DNA of 64,000 bases from an uncultured Chloroflexia bacterium (GTDB lineage Bacteria > Chloroflexota > Limnocylindria > Limnocylindrales > CSP1-4), in contig CAVYIM010000003.1 in NCBI GenBank assembly GCA_963768655.1, forward strand, positions 96,001 to 160,000. Reading direction: 5' to 3'. Shown here one piece after another: positions 1-8,917 of the stretch. The position numbers and the translations under genes were made by a program. Position 1 is the stretch's first letter. Each line of letters opens with the position of its first letter. The notes under the pieces were generated by a model. The model made no database searches, was not told where the DNA came from, and saw only the letters and a list, made by a program, of their open reading frames with translations.

Positions 1-1
1 G

Positions 2-1435
2 TTCACCAACGAGCAGCTCCTAGCCACGATCTTCGCCGCGCTGGACGTTGGGATTGCCTATTGGGTCCTGGGCTACCTGCCGATCCGACAGGAGGTGCGC
101 CGTCTGACCGTGTTGTTCCTCGGCCTGGGCACGGTCCTCTGGTACGCGGCCGCCATCGGCAGCACCTGGTTCTGGGCCCACATCGTCGCCATCGGCTGCC
201 TGCTGGCGGCGATCGGATTCGCGTTATCGGCCGACCGCGGCGCCGCCGAGCCGCGGCCCCTCGCAGATGAGATCGCCGCGGCTCGGCCTGCGGCGTGGCC
301 CGGCCGCTGGCGATCGGCGGCGGCAGTCGTCGTCCTGGGCGTGCTCGGCGAGCTGCTATTCCAGCTGGCCGGGGCCGGCACGGCAACGGCCACGGTCGCC
401 GGCGTGGGCGTGCTCCTGGCGATCGGGGCCGCCATCCTGGCCCTCGCCGTGTCCGGCGGGCGCGGTGTTCTGGTGCCGCTCGTCGCCGTCGTCGCCGTCG
501 TCGGCGGCGTACCGGCGGCCCTCGTCCTCGGAGCCGGGAACCCGCAGGCGCTGGCGGCGTTGGACGCCGCGGTCCTGGTGCTGGTCGTCGTGCTGTTGAT
601 CGTGGCCCGCGTTCGACCCGAGTCGACGGAGCGGGCGGTGACCGCCTTCTGGGATGCCCTGGAGAGGCCGGATACTCGCCAGCTGGCCGCCGGGCTGCTG
701 TTCGGCCTCGCCTGCACCGCGCGGCTGACGATCGTCTTCGGCTTCCCGTTCCTGCTCCTGGTGGGCGGCGGCGGCACCTGGTTGCGGCGCGGCCTGCTGG
801 CCGGTGCCGGAGCGGCGGTCCCGCTCGTGGCGCTGCTCGTCTACACGTACGCGCAGACGGGGCACCTGTTCAACCCCGTATACGACTACCTGTATCAGCA
901 AGAGCTCGGGTACACGTTTCTCAACTACAACGCGAACTGGTCGATCGAGGACCTGCGCTACGTGCCGCAGAACCTGATGATCATGCTGTTCAACACGCCC
1001 CTGATCATGCCCAACCAGTATCCCTGGTCGTCAGATCTGCTCTGCCAGGGCGGGGCCGCGCGCGGGTTGTTCGACAAGTCCTGCCCGATCGCGGTCCCGA
1101 ACTGGGTCGGCAACAGCGTCATCCTGACCAGTCCGGCCTACCTGCTCGCCCCGCTGGCCTTCATCCCGGCCCTGTGGCGCAAGCTCGACCGCGTGACGGT
1201 GGGCGCCGCCATCGCCGTCGCGGCGATTGCGTTCGTCAACCTCATGCACTTCAGCCAGGGCTGGGTTCAGTTCGGCTACCGTTTCAGCAACGACTTCGCG
1301 CCGTTCGCCATCCTGCTGGTCGCGCTCGGTGCGAACCGCCTCGGCCGCTACTGGTGGGTGCTCCTGCCGTTCGTAGCCGCTTCGATCGCCATCAACCTGT
1401 GGGGCACCGTCTGGGGAGTGATGCTTGGCTGGTGA
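2..1435 (+). CDS. Polytopic membrane protein, probable GT-C fold glycosyltransferase (5' partial)
   Basis: Frame is open from position 2 (FTNEQLLATIF...). Many TM helices, a long extracytoplasmic loop and a C-terminal GWVQFGYRF motif of the kind seen in GT-C enzymes. Lies in an operon with DUF2723 and GT2 genes. Confidence 0.6.
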   Translation, partial: FTNEQLLATIFAALDVGIAYWVLGYLPIRQEVRRLTVLFLGLGTVLWYAAAIGSTWFWAHIVAIGCLLAAIGFALSADRGAAEPRPLADEIAAARPAAWPGRWRSAAAVVVLGVLGELLFQLAGAGTATATVAGVGVLLAIGAAILALAVSGGRGVLVPLVAVVAVVGGVPAALVLGAGNPQALAALDAAVLVLVVVLLIVARVRPESTERAVTAFWDALERPDTRQLAAGLLFGLACTARLTIVFGFPFLLLVGGGGTWLRRGLLAGAGAAVPLVALLVYTYAQTGHLFNPVYDYLYQQELGYTFLNYNANWSIEDLRYVPQNLMIMLFNTPLIMPNQYPWSSDLLCQGGAARGLFDKSCPIAVPNWVGNSVILTSPAYLLAPLAFIPALWRKLDRVTVGAAIAVAAIAFVNLMHFSQGWVQFGYRFSNDFAPFAILLVALGANRLGRYWWVLLPFVAASIAINLWGTVWGVMLGW

Positions 1436-3296
1436 AGATCCGCATCGAATCGATGGCTCGCCGGAGGTGACTCAACCCTCCAGCCGAACCGAGACGATCC
1501 GGCTTCGCGTCGAGCGGGCCGGCCTAAATCGCGATCTGGCGGCGGCCGCTCTGGCGCCGCTCGTCGCGGCCGCGGCGACGCTTGCGCTCGTCATTCCGAC
1601 TCTCGCCCCGGGCGTCCTCTCCTGGGACACCGCCGAGTTCCAGGCCGTTGCGCCGGTGCTCGGCACCGCCCATCCCACCGGCTACCCGGCTTACGTGATC
1701 CTGGGCTTCCTCGCCTCGCACCTGCTGCCCTTCGGCGACCCGGCCTATCGGATGAACCTGCTCCAGGCCATCCTGGCGGCCGGAGCCGTGGCCGGCACCG
1801 TGGCCGTGGTCCAGTACCTGACGGGGATGCGCTGGGTGGCCCTGGCCACCGGGCTCCTGCTCCTGATCATGCCCACCTGGTCGCCCACCTCGGTCAGCTT
1901 CCCGGACGGCACCCAGTTCACGACGAGTCCGTTCTTCTGGCGCCTCTCCACTCACGCCGACCCGCACATGTTCCATCTCGCGCTGGTGGCGCTGATCTTC
2001 CTGCTGCTGCTCGTCTGGGAGAGACGGCGGACTGACCGCTACCCCGAGAAGCGCCGCCGATCGGACCGCTGGCTGGTGGCCGCGGCGTTCGTCTACGGCG
2101 TGGCCGTCGCCAACCATTCTCTGGCCCTGCTGCTGCCGCCGGCGATAGGCCTGTTCGTTCTCACCGTGGCGCCGCGGATCGTCCTCGAGTGGCGCCTCAT
2201 CCTCAAGTGCGCGGCCGTCCTGGGCGTGACCGTAGTCGTGCTGTTCCTGGAGCTGCCGATCCGCGCGGCCATGAACGCGCCACTGGTTTACGGCCATCCG
2301 GACACGTGGAGCGGCTTCCAGTACGTCGTCCTGGCCGAGCAGTTCCGAGGCAGCCTCTCGGATCCGCTGGGCGATCTCGGGGTCAAGTACGCGGCGGTGA
2401 TGAATCTCCTCTCGAGCTGGCTGGGGCCGCTTGCATTCCTGGCCGCGATCGGATTGGGGACGAGCCTGGTGCGACGGCCACGCTACGTCCTGCTGAGCGG
2501 ACTCGCGGCGGTGGCAACCGCGGGTTTCTCGGCCGCGTACGCGAACGCGGACATCGAGCGGTACTACCTGGTGCCTCTCTTCGTGGCCTTCACTTTCGTG
2601 GGCCTGGGGCTGGCCGACGCCTTGTCCCTGGGCGTGTGGCTGATCGGCTCGGCCGGGCAGAGGGTCGTGGGGCGCGCGGCTCCGGCAGCCGTGCCAGAGG
2701 AAGGCCCCTCCGCCGCCTCCGACGTCGCACCGCCGGACGCCTCGGCCGCACCGGAGGCCGCAACCGAGGTTGCCGTCGGCGGGCCTACCCGAAACAATGA
2801 CCGCCGGAACGGGCAGGCATTGCTGCTGGTCGAGATCGTCGCGGCCATCGTCCTCGTCGCGGCCGGCATGACAATAGTCCCCGCGCGCCAGATGGTGCCC
2901 AGCAACAACCAGGGCGCAGTGAGTGAAACCGACCAGACCGGCCCCGGAATCTGGATGCGAGCCGTGCTCGCCCCGCCCGATCAGGGCGGTCTCCCGGCGA
3001 ACTCGGTGATCGTGAGCTGGTGGAGCGACTCGACGACCCTCTGGTATGGCCAGAAGGTCGAAGGCCTGCGCCCGGACATCTTCATAGTCGATGACCGCAC
3101 TCGCCTGGACGACAATCTCGGCGACGTGTGGGATGTCGTCGACCGTTATCTCGGCCAGCGACCGGTCTTCCTCGATCGTCTGGAAGGTGGCGTCGACGGG
3201 ATGGACGCCTTGAGCCAGATGTACAACTTGCAGGAATTCCCGCTGACCAACGGGGGCTCGATCGCCGAGGTCATCAGCAAGAAGGTCACGCCGTGA
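1425..3296 (+). CDS. DUF2723 (TMEM260-like) membrane glycosyltransferase
   Basis: N-terminal WDTAEFQ...LGTAHPTGYP motif typical of DUF2723, plus ANH motif, many TM helices and a soluble C-terminal domain. Start uncertain (1425 or GTG 1467). Confidence 0.8.
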   Translation: MAGEDPHRIDGSPEVTQPSSRTETIRLRVERAGLNRDLAAAALAPLVAAAATLALVIPTLAPGVLSWDTAEFQAVAPVLGTAHPTGYPAYVILGFLASHLLPFGDPAYRMNLLQAILAAGAVAGTVAVVQYLTGMRWVALATGLLLLIMPTWSPTSVSFPDGTQFTTSPFFWRLSTHADPHMFHLALVALIFLLLLVWERRRTDRYPEKRRRSDRWLVAAAFVYGVAVANHSLALLLPPAIGLFVLTVAPRIVLEWRLILKCAAVLGVTVVVLFLELPIRAAMNAPLVYGHPDTWSGFQYVVLAEQFRGSLSDPLGDLGVKYAAVMNLLSSWLGPLAFLAAIGLGTSLVRRPRYVLLSGLAAVATAGFSAAYANADIERYYLVPLFVAFTFVGLGLADALSLGVWLIGSAGQRVVGRAAPAAVPEEGPSAASDVAPPDASAAPEAATEVAVGGPTRNNDRRNGQALLLVEIVAAIVLVAAGMTIVPARQMVPSNNQGAVSETDQTGPGIWMRAVLAPPDQGGLPANSVIVSWWSDSTTLWYGQKVEGLRPDIFIVDDRTRLDDNLGDVWDVVDRYLGQRPVFLDRLEGGVDGMDALSQMYNLQEFPLTNGGSIAEVISKKVTP

Positions 3297-4168
3297 GCGC
3301 AGCCGAAGAAACGCACAAGTCCGGCCCGACGGCCCCCGCCCCGGCCCCCGCCCCGGCCCCGGCCCCCGCCCCCGCCCCCGCCCCGGCCCCGGCCCCGGCC
3401 CCCGCCCCCGCCCCCGCCCCGAAGGTCGCCGAGCTGTCGCTCTTCTTCCCCGCCCACAACGAGGAGGCGAACCTCGAGGCCCTCGTCGACGAGGCGCTGG
3501 CGACGCTGCCCTCACTGGCGACCAGGTTCGAGGTGATCGCGGTCGACGACGGCTCGAAGGACCGGACGCCTGCCATCGCCGACGACCTGGCGAAGCGCCA
3601 TCCGGACGTCTTCCGCGTGGTCCACCACCCGATCAACCTCGGCTACGGGGCCGCGCTTCGATCCGGCTTCCGAGCAGCCCGCTACGACCTGATCGCCTTC
3701 ATCGACGGCGACCGCCAGTTCAAAGTCATCGACGTCGGCCGCTTGACGGCTCGGATAGTCGCGTCCGATTCTCCGGATGTCGTCGTGGGCTTCCGTCTCC
3801 ACCGCGCCGACCCACCGATCCGGCGCTGGTACGCCCGCGTCTACCGCTTCTCGAACCGCGTCTTCTTCGGTGTCCGCGTCCACGACATCGACTGCGCCTG
3901 CAAGCTCTTCAAACGCGCGGCCCTGGAGCCCATCAGAGTGGCCTCGGGCGGCGCCTTCTTCACCGCCGAACTCCTGATCAAGCTGCGCTTCGAAGGCCGC
4001 CGCGTCGCCGAGGTAGGCGTGCCGCACTATCCGCGGACGGCCGGCTCGCCCACCGGCGCGAAGCCGAGAGTGGTCTTGCGGGCAGTCCGCGACTTCTGGT
4101 CGCTGCGCATCCGCCTATGGCTGGGCCGGTCGAAGGGCATGCGCCGCGGCGAGGCGATGCTCGGCTAG
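3293..4168 (+). CDS. Glycosyltransferase family 2, polyprenol-phosphate sugar synthase-like
   Basis: FFPAHNEE, VDDGSKD, NLGYGAAL, FIDGDRQF and DIDCACKLF motifs. GTG start overlaps the upstream stop (GTGA). Confidence 0.9.
   Translation: MSAAEETHKSGPTAPAPAPAPAPAPAPAPAPAPAPAPAPAPAPKVAELSLFFPAHNEEANLEALVDEALATLPSLATRFEVIAVDDGSKDRTPAIADDLAKRHPDVFRVVHHPINLGYGAALRSGFRAARYDLIAFIDGDRQFKVIDVGRLTARIVASDSPDVVVGFRLHRADPPIRRWYARVYRFSNRVFFGVRVHDIDCACKLFKRAALEPIRVASGGAFFTAELLIKLRFEGRRVAEVGVPHYPRTAGSPTGAKPRVVLRAVRDFWSLRIRLWLGRSKGMRRGEAMLG
3332..3421 (+). repeat. In-frame 6-bp tandem repeat (GCCCCS)x15 encoding (Ala-Pro)15
   Basis: 90 bp of pure G/C read directly from the sequence. Confidence 0.95.
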
Positions 4169-4216
4169 AGACGGCCGACCGGGCCGGCTGCTGCGTGCAG
4201 CGGGCGCCCCCGAGGG

Positions 4217-4729
4217 CTACTCCGTCGTTCCGGGACCCTCGCGGTGGCCCTCTTCGAGATCCACGTCCAGCGAGTTGACGAACTCGCGGAAGACTTCGAG
4301 CTTCTCGTCGACGTGTGCCTCCGGCTCGACGCCGGCCTTGTCCAGGACCGCCTCGGAGGCGAAGATCCGGACTCCGGTCCGAACCGCCAGTGCAAGCGAA
4401 TCCGACGGTCGGGCATCCACCTCGAAGGTCTGGCCGTCCAGCTCGACTTCGAGCGTGGCGTGGTACGTCTCCTCGGCCAGGCTGGAGATGATCACCCGCC
4501 GAAGCTTCGCCCCAAGCGCGGTCAAGGTGGATACGAACAGGTCGTGCGTGAGCGGTCGCTCGGGAGTCACGCCCTGCAGGCGCGTGGCGATGGCATTGGC
4601 CTCCCACGGGCCGATCCAGATCGGAAGATAACGGTCCCGCTCCGTCTCCTTGAGGAGAACGACGTGCTGGCTGGAGAGCATGTGGACCCGGACGCTCTCG
4701 ACGACGACCTCGACCAGCGAGTCTGCCAT
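4217..4729 (-). CDS. Bifunctional nuclease family protein (DUF151/BFN)
   Basis: LPIWIGPWEANAIA, RPLTHDL and DARPSDSLALA motifs. GATAAT 6 nt before the ATG suggests a leaderless mRNA. Confidence 0.9.
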   Translation of the reverse strand: MADSLVEVVVESVRVHMLSSQHVVLLKETERDRYLPIWIGPWEANAIATRLQGVTPERPLTHDLFVSTLTALGAKLRRVIISSLAEETYHATLEVELDGQTFEVDARPSDSLALAVRTGVRIFASEAVLDKAGVEPEAHVDEKLEVFREFVNSLDVDLEEGHREGPGTTE

Positions 4730-4801
4730 GGCCGGATTATCCCACTACCCGTTCGCCCTCGCGCCGGGCCCCTGGCTCCGCCCGCGAACCGGCCGGGCCG
4801 C

Positions 4802-7084
4802 TCAGGGCTTCTTGGTGGCCTTGGGCTTGGCCGTCGGCAGGGGCGTCGGGGAGGGGCTGGCGCTCGGCGACGGCGTCGGGGAGGGGCTCGGCGAGGCGCT
4901 GACCGCCGACCCGGTCCCAAGCGGAGCACTCAGGAGGTTACCGCTCTCGATCCAGTAGAGCGTCGGATTCGAACCGTTCGGACCGGTCTCGACGAACATC
5001 GCCTGCAGAGCGGAAAAGTACGGCGACGTGGCCGGCAGGACGAACTCCTGCACGTACGTCCCGTTGATCTTCGTGACCGATACGATCCGCCGGCCGACGC
5101 CGTCGTAGGAGTAGAGGTTGCCCTGGTCGGGGTTGTCGTTGTCGGCGGAGATCCTCGTGTAGAAGGGCGCCGAGGGTCGTATGACGGTGTCGCCCGGCGG
5201 GTCGGCCGTCCAGTTCTTGATCTCCTCGCCGGAGTCGAACCGCCTGATCACCCCGTCATCGGCCAGATAGACGCTGCCATCGATGTACATGTCGTCGACC
5301 TGGGACACGTTCAGGTTCTGGCCGGTCAGGTAGTTAGCTTCGGACTGGGCGTAGTAGCCGGTTCCGTCGCTCGACTCCGGATACTTCAGGACCTGCCCAG
5401 CCGACGGAACCACCACGTAAAGGGAGTATTGGCCCAGGTTGTAGTTGGTCAGGAACGTTCCGATCGCCCGGACGTTGGATCCCCACGTTCCCGAGTCCGT
5501 GACGGTGATCTCGAACAGCGTGCCCTCACCGACTCCCCCAGCCGCCGCGGGCCGCCAGCGCCACAGGTTGTTGGCCTGGTCGAGGATCAGGACGTCCTTG
5601 CCGCCCGTGGTGAGCAGGCGGGGCATGCCGAAGGTGCCGCCGCTCGCCGGTTGCTCGCCCTGGACCGCCACTGCCACTTGGGCCCGCGTCTGTAGATCGA
5701 CCCGGAAGACGGTTTCGTCGGTCTGGTCGATGACGTACGCCCCGCCGTCCGGACCGAGCACGAGCCCCGTCAGCTGGTCGCTTCCGAATGAGAGGACGAC
5801 CTGCGGGTGGATCACGACGACGTGGTAGAGAGTGTCGAGATCGCCGACGACGTCGCTGGTGAGTCCGGCCAAGGCGTCGGCCGAGTAGCCTTGCGCGGCG
5901 ACCTGGAGGTTCCGGTACGCATCTTCGAGATACGACTTGGCGGTCGGCGGATCGCTCAGCAGGAGGTCGCGGCCACTGCCGTGGACCGCGAACCAGTCGC
6001 TCTGCGCTTGCAGGTAGGCGGCCTGGAGGCGGTTCTGCAGATCGGTGCCCATTTCGCGGCGAGTGCCGGCCAGGTACCAGAGCGAGGTTCCGACGACCGT
6101 CAGGACGAGCAGCAGGCCGACAACGGCGCTCGCGACGCGGCGCTGGCGCTCGCGCTGGACGGCGATAGGAGTGACCCGGACCCGCTGGACCGGCCGCCGC
6201 GGCATCCGGTCGAAGAGGCCGTAGACGCTGTGGCGGAGCATGCCGTCCGCCGTGCGCTGGACCTGCTTGGCCGTGTGCTGGACCGTCGACACGCTCTCGA
6301 CGACCGAGTCGGCCATCGGGATCGGCGAATGATCCGGCACTCCGGCCAGCGAGTCGCTCGGCCAGACCGGCTTCAGCGGCTGGCTCTTCTGGGTGACCGG
6401 CACCTCGTCCGCCTCGAGGGCGAGCATGCCGTCACCGCCCGCCACGCCCAGGCCACCGCCGGCCAGCTGGCGATGGATCTGGTCGATCGCGACCTGCGGG
6501 TGCAGCTGGATCACCGCGTCCTGGATCGGCGCCAGGCCGATCCGGCGCGTAGCGTTGGGAGAAATGAGGATGATGCTGTCGCCGGCCAGCAAATCGCCGT
6601 GCCAGACTTCGGGGTCGGTGCCGTCCTCGCAGGGCAGCCCGCTGGCCGGGTTGGGCGCGGGCAGAGTCAGCAGCCTGGCCTCACGGACCAGGTACGCCTC
6701 GGCCGGTCCCACGGTCGCAACGTAGAGCTCGTTGCTCCTGACCACGGCCAGCGCGATTCCGATTGGGCCGCCCTCGCCCTGCTTGGCGACCAGCCGCTCC
6801 GTGACGCGAAGCTCGCGGTTCGCCGCCCTGATGGCCTTCTTGAGGCAGACGGTGATGCCGGCCGACTCGTCGTAGTAGTACTCGTGCCGGACGCGCTCGG
6901 CGACCATGTTCGTCGCAGACCGAAGCTCACCCCCACCCTCGCCCGTGACGACCAGATAGAGGTTGCCCTTCGTCCGGGTCGTCGACCCGATGCTGGGCTC
7001 CACTACCAGGACCGTGTCTGGAGAGTCGGGCGGTCGCTGCGACTCGGCCACGAGGCCGAGCTTCATTTCAAGGCGGACGGTCAT
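4802..7084 (-). CDS. Membrane protein: degenerate PP2C-like N-domain, one TM helix, beta-propeller-like ectodomain, Ser/Pro/Thr tail
   Basis: PP2C-like segments (NLYLVVTGEGG, YVATVGPAEAYLVR, GDSIILISP); TM AVVGLLLVLTVVGTSLWYLA; propeller-like blades (GPDGGAYVID, IDGSVYLAD); SPSPSPTPSP tail. Confidence 0.7.
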   Translation of the reverse strand: MTVRLEMKLGLVAESQRPPDSPDTVLVVEPSIGSTTRTKGNLYLVVTGEGGGELRSATNMVAERVRHEYYYDESAGITVCLKKAIRAANRELRVTERLVAKQGEGGPIGIALAVVRSNELYVATVGPAEAYLVREARLLTLPAPNPASGLPCEDGTDPEVWHGDLLAGDSIILISPNATRRIGLAPIQDAVIQLHPQVAIDQIHRQLAGGGLGVAGGDGMLALEADEVPVTQKSQPLKPVWPSDSLAGVPDHSPIPMADSVVESVSTVQHTAKQVQRTADGMLRHSVYGLFDRMPRRPVQRVRVTPIAVQRERQRRVASAVVGLLLVLTVVGTSLWYLAGTRREMGTDLQNRLQAAYLQAQSDWFAVHGSGRDLLLSDPPTAKSYLEDAYRNLQVAAQGYSADALAGLTSDVVGDLDTLYHVVVIHPQVVLSFGSDQLTGLVLGPDGGAYVIDQTDETVFRVDLQTRAQVAVAVQGEQPASGGTFGMPRLLTTGGKDVLILDQANNLWRWRPAAAGGVGEGTLFEITVTDSGTWGSNVRAIGTFLTNYNLGQYSLYVVVPSAGQVLKYPESSDGTGYYAQSEANYLTGQNLNVSQVDDMYIDGSVYLADDGVIRRFDSGEEIKNWTADPPGDTVIRPSAPFYTRISADNDNPDQGNLYSYDGVGRRIVSVTKINGTYVQEFVLPATSPYFSALQAMFVETGPNGSNPTLYWIESGNLLSAPLGTGSAVSASPSPSPTPSPSASPSPTPLPTAKPKATKKP

Positions 7085-7134
7085 GACGACTGCTAGCGGC
7101 GGATGTGAATCTGTCCGGGATCAGCAGGTGGCGA

Positions 7135-7482
7135 TTATACGTGCCTCACCGCGACGCGAAGCTGGCGCACGGGGCTGCGCGTTGCCGAACGCAGTGCCGC
7201 CACCAGCTCCGGCGTGCGGAGCCGCAGCTCCTGGGCCACGATCGGCTCGTCGACTTCGACCGTGACTACGCCCTGCGACAGGGCCACGATCCTGCAGGCC
7301 CCGACCGCAGGCGGGATCCGCTCGGCCACGATCCTCTGCCAGGCGGTCATCGCCCCGGCAAGCTCCAACTCGTCTTCCAGGCCGAGCCGGCGGGCGGCGT
7401 CGGGCAGCAGGTCGCCCAGCCGCTCCATACCCCGACGCTCGGGCCGGCCGTTCTCGCCGCGGTCACCGCGCTGCCCGCTCAA
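7135..7482 (-). CDS. dciA: DciA/DUF721 family helicase-loader protein
   Basis: MERLGDLL...WQRIV...GVVTVEVDEPIVAQELRL pattern directly downstream of recF. Start is TTG 7482 (overlapping the recF stop) or ATG 7428. Confidence 0.8.
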   Translation of the reverse strand: MSGQRGDRGENGRPERRGMERLGDLLPDAARRLGLEDELELAGAMTAWQRIVAERIPPAVGACRIVALSQGVVTVEVDEPIVAQELRLRTPELVAALRSATRSPVRQLRVAVRHV

Positions 7483-8777
7483 GCTCCGCTCTCCTCGATC
7501 CGGGTACCCTCGAGGTCCGCCACCACCCGCCAGGCGCGCGCCTGCCGTCGCAGATCCGGATCCAGATCTTCCGGCACGGTGGTCGTGACCAGCGCCTGGG
7601 GCAGCTCGGCGATGCGCCGGACCAGGTGGCCGCGGCGAAGCGGATCGAGCTCGCTGAAGACGTCGTCGAGCAGGAGCAGGGGAGGGCGGCCATCGAGAAC
7701 TGTGAGAAGGTCCAGTTCGGCCAGCTTGAGGGCCAGGATGGCCGTCCGTTGCTGGCCGCGCGAGGCGAACGTGGTGAGGTCGCGGCCGCCGATGCTGAAG
7801 ATCAGGTCGTCGCGGTGCGGGCCCACCAGCGTGGCTCCGTTCCATGCCTCCTTCTCGGCCGTTTCGGCCAGCCGGCGGGCCAGCGCGTCCCGCGACGACT
7901 CCCCGGGGAGCAGCGGCGCGTTCGTGGCGTAGGCCAGCGCCAGCGGCTCTTCAGCAGGGGCGATCTCACGGTGAGCGGCCGCCAGAGGCGCTGTGAGCAA
8001 CTCCAGGAGGCGCAGCCGCGCCGCCACTATCGCGGCGCCCGAGGCCAGGAACGGTTCGTCCCAGTAGCGCAGCTGGGCGCGGTCGGCCTCGCCGTCGCGG
8101 ATCTGCCTCAGGAGGCTGTTGCGCTGGGACAGGGCCCGGGTGTACGTGGACAGGTGCGACGCGTACATCGGATCGTGCGGCGCGGCGAGCTGATCGAGCA
8201 CGGCCCGCCGCAGGGTCGGCGGGCCGACGACGAGGAGCATGTCCTCGGGGGCGAAGAGAACAGTGCGAAGGTGTTCAGCAAGCGCTGCGGGGCGGCGAGG
8301 CACACCGTTCACCTGGATGCGTTTGCGGCCGCCGGCCTGGAGAGATACGTCGAGCCCGATGCCCGCCGGCAGCGGACGGTCGAGCTCGGCTGGCATCGAC
8401 CCGGGTCCGGCCTCAGGCGACTCGGGCGCGATAGATTGGTCCGGAGGCCCCCCGGCGGCCGCGGCCCCCACCACTCCCTCGACGCGGAGGAAGTCGGTTC
8501 CCCACCTGATCAGCTGGGCATCGTCCCCGGTCCGGTGGGAGCGGCCCAACGCCAGCAGCACAATCGCCTCGAGCAGCGTCGTCTTCCCGGACGCGTTCGG
8601 GCCCCAGATGAGCTGCGGCCCGGGGCCCAGAGTCAGGTCCAGCGAGGCATAGCCCCGAAAATTCCGGACGGCAATCGAGCGCAGCAGCGTTGGGGGCCTG
8701 GACCGGAGTGGGACCATGCGGTCCTGAACCCGGATCCGCGGACCGCTGCTCGCATCATGCTCGGTCAGCCGGCTCAT
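7479..8777 (-). CDS. recF: DNA replication/repair protein RecF
   Basis: NFRGY, Walker A GPNASGKTT, GPHRDDL, SRGQQR and LLLDDVFSELD; follows dnaN. Confidence 0.96.
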   Translation of the reverse strand: MSRLTEHDASSGPRIRVQDRMVPLRSRPPTLLRSIAVRNFRGYASLDLTLGPGPQLIWGPNASGKTTLLEAIVLLALGRSHRTGDDAQLIRWGTDFLRVEGVVGAAAAGGPPDQSIAPESPEAGPGSMPAELDRPLPAGIGLDVSLQAGGRKRIQVNGVPRRPAALAEHLRTVLFAPEDMLLVVGPPTLRRAVLDQLAAPHDPMYASHLSTYTRALSQRNSLLRQIRDGEADRAQLRYWDEPFLASGAAIVAARLRLLELLTAPLAAAHREIAPAEEPLALAYATNAPLLPGESSRDALARRLAETAEKEAWNGATLVGPHRDDLIFSIGGRDLTTFASRGQQRTAILALKLAELDLLTVLDGRPPLLLLDDVFSELDPLRRGHLVRRIAELPQALVTTTVPEDLDPDLRRQARAWRVVADLEGTRIEESGA

Positions 8778-8917
8778 CCTCTTGGCTCCTGCCCGCCGCG
8801 CTCAGGCGTTCTTCGAGCGCGATCGCCCTGGCACTGGTGGCGGCACCGGCCCGCACTCGCCACAGCGGCCACATGCGGCGCTGGTCCGCCGGATCCGGGC
8901 TTGGAGATCTGCGACTC

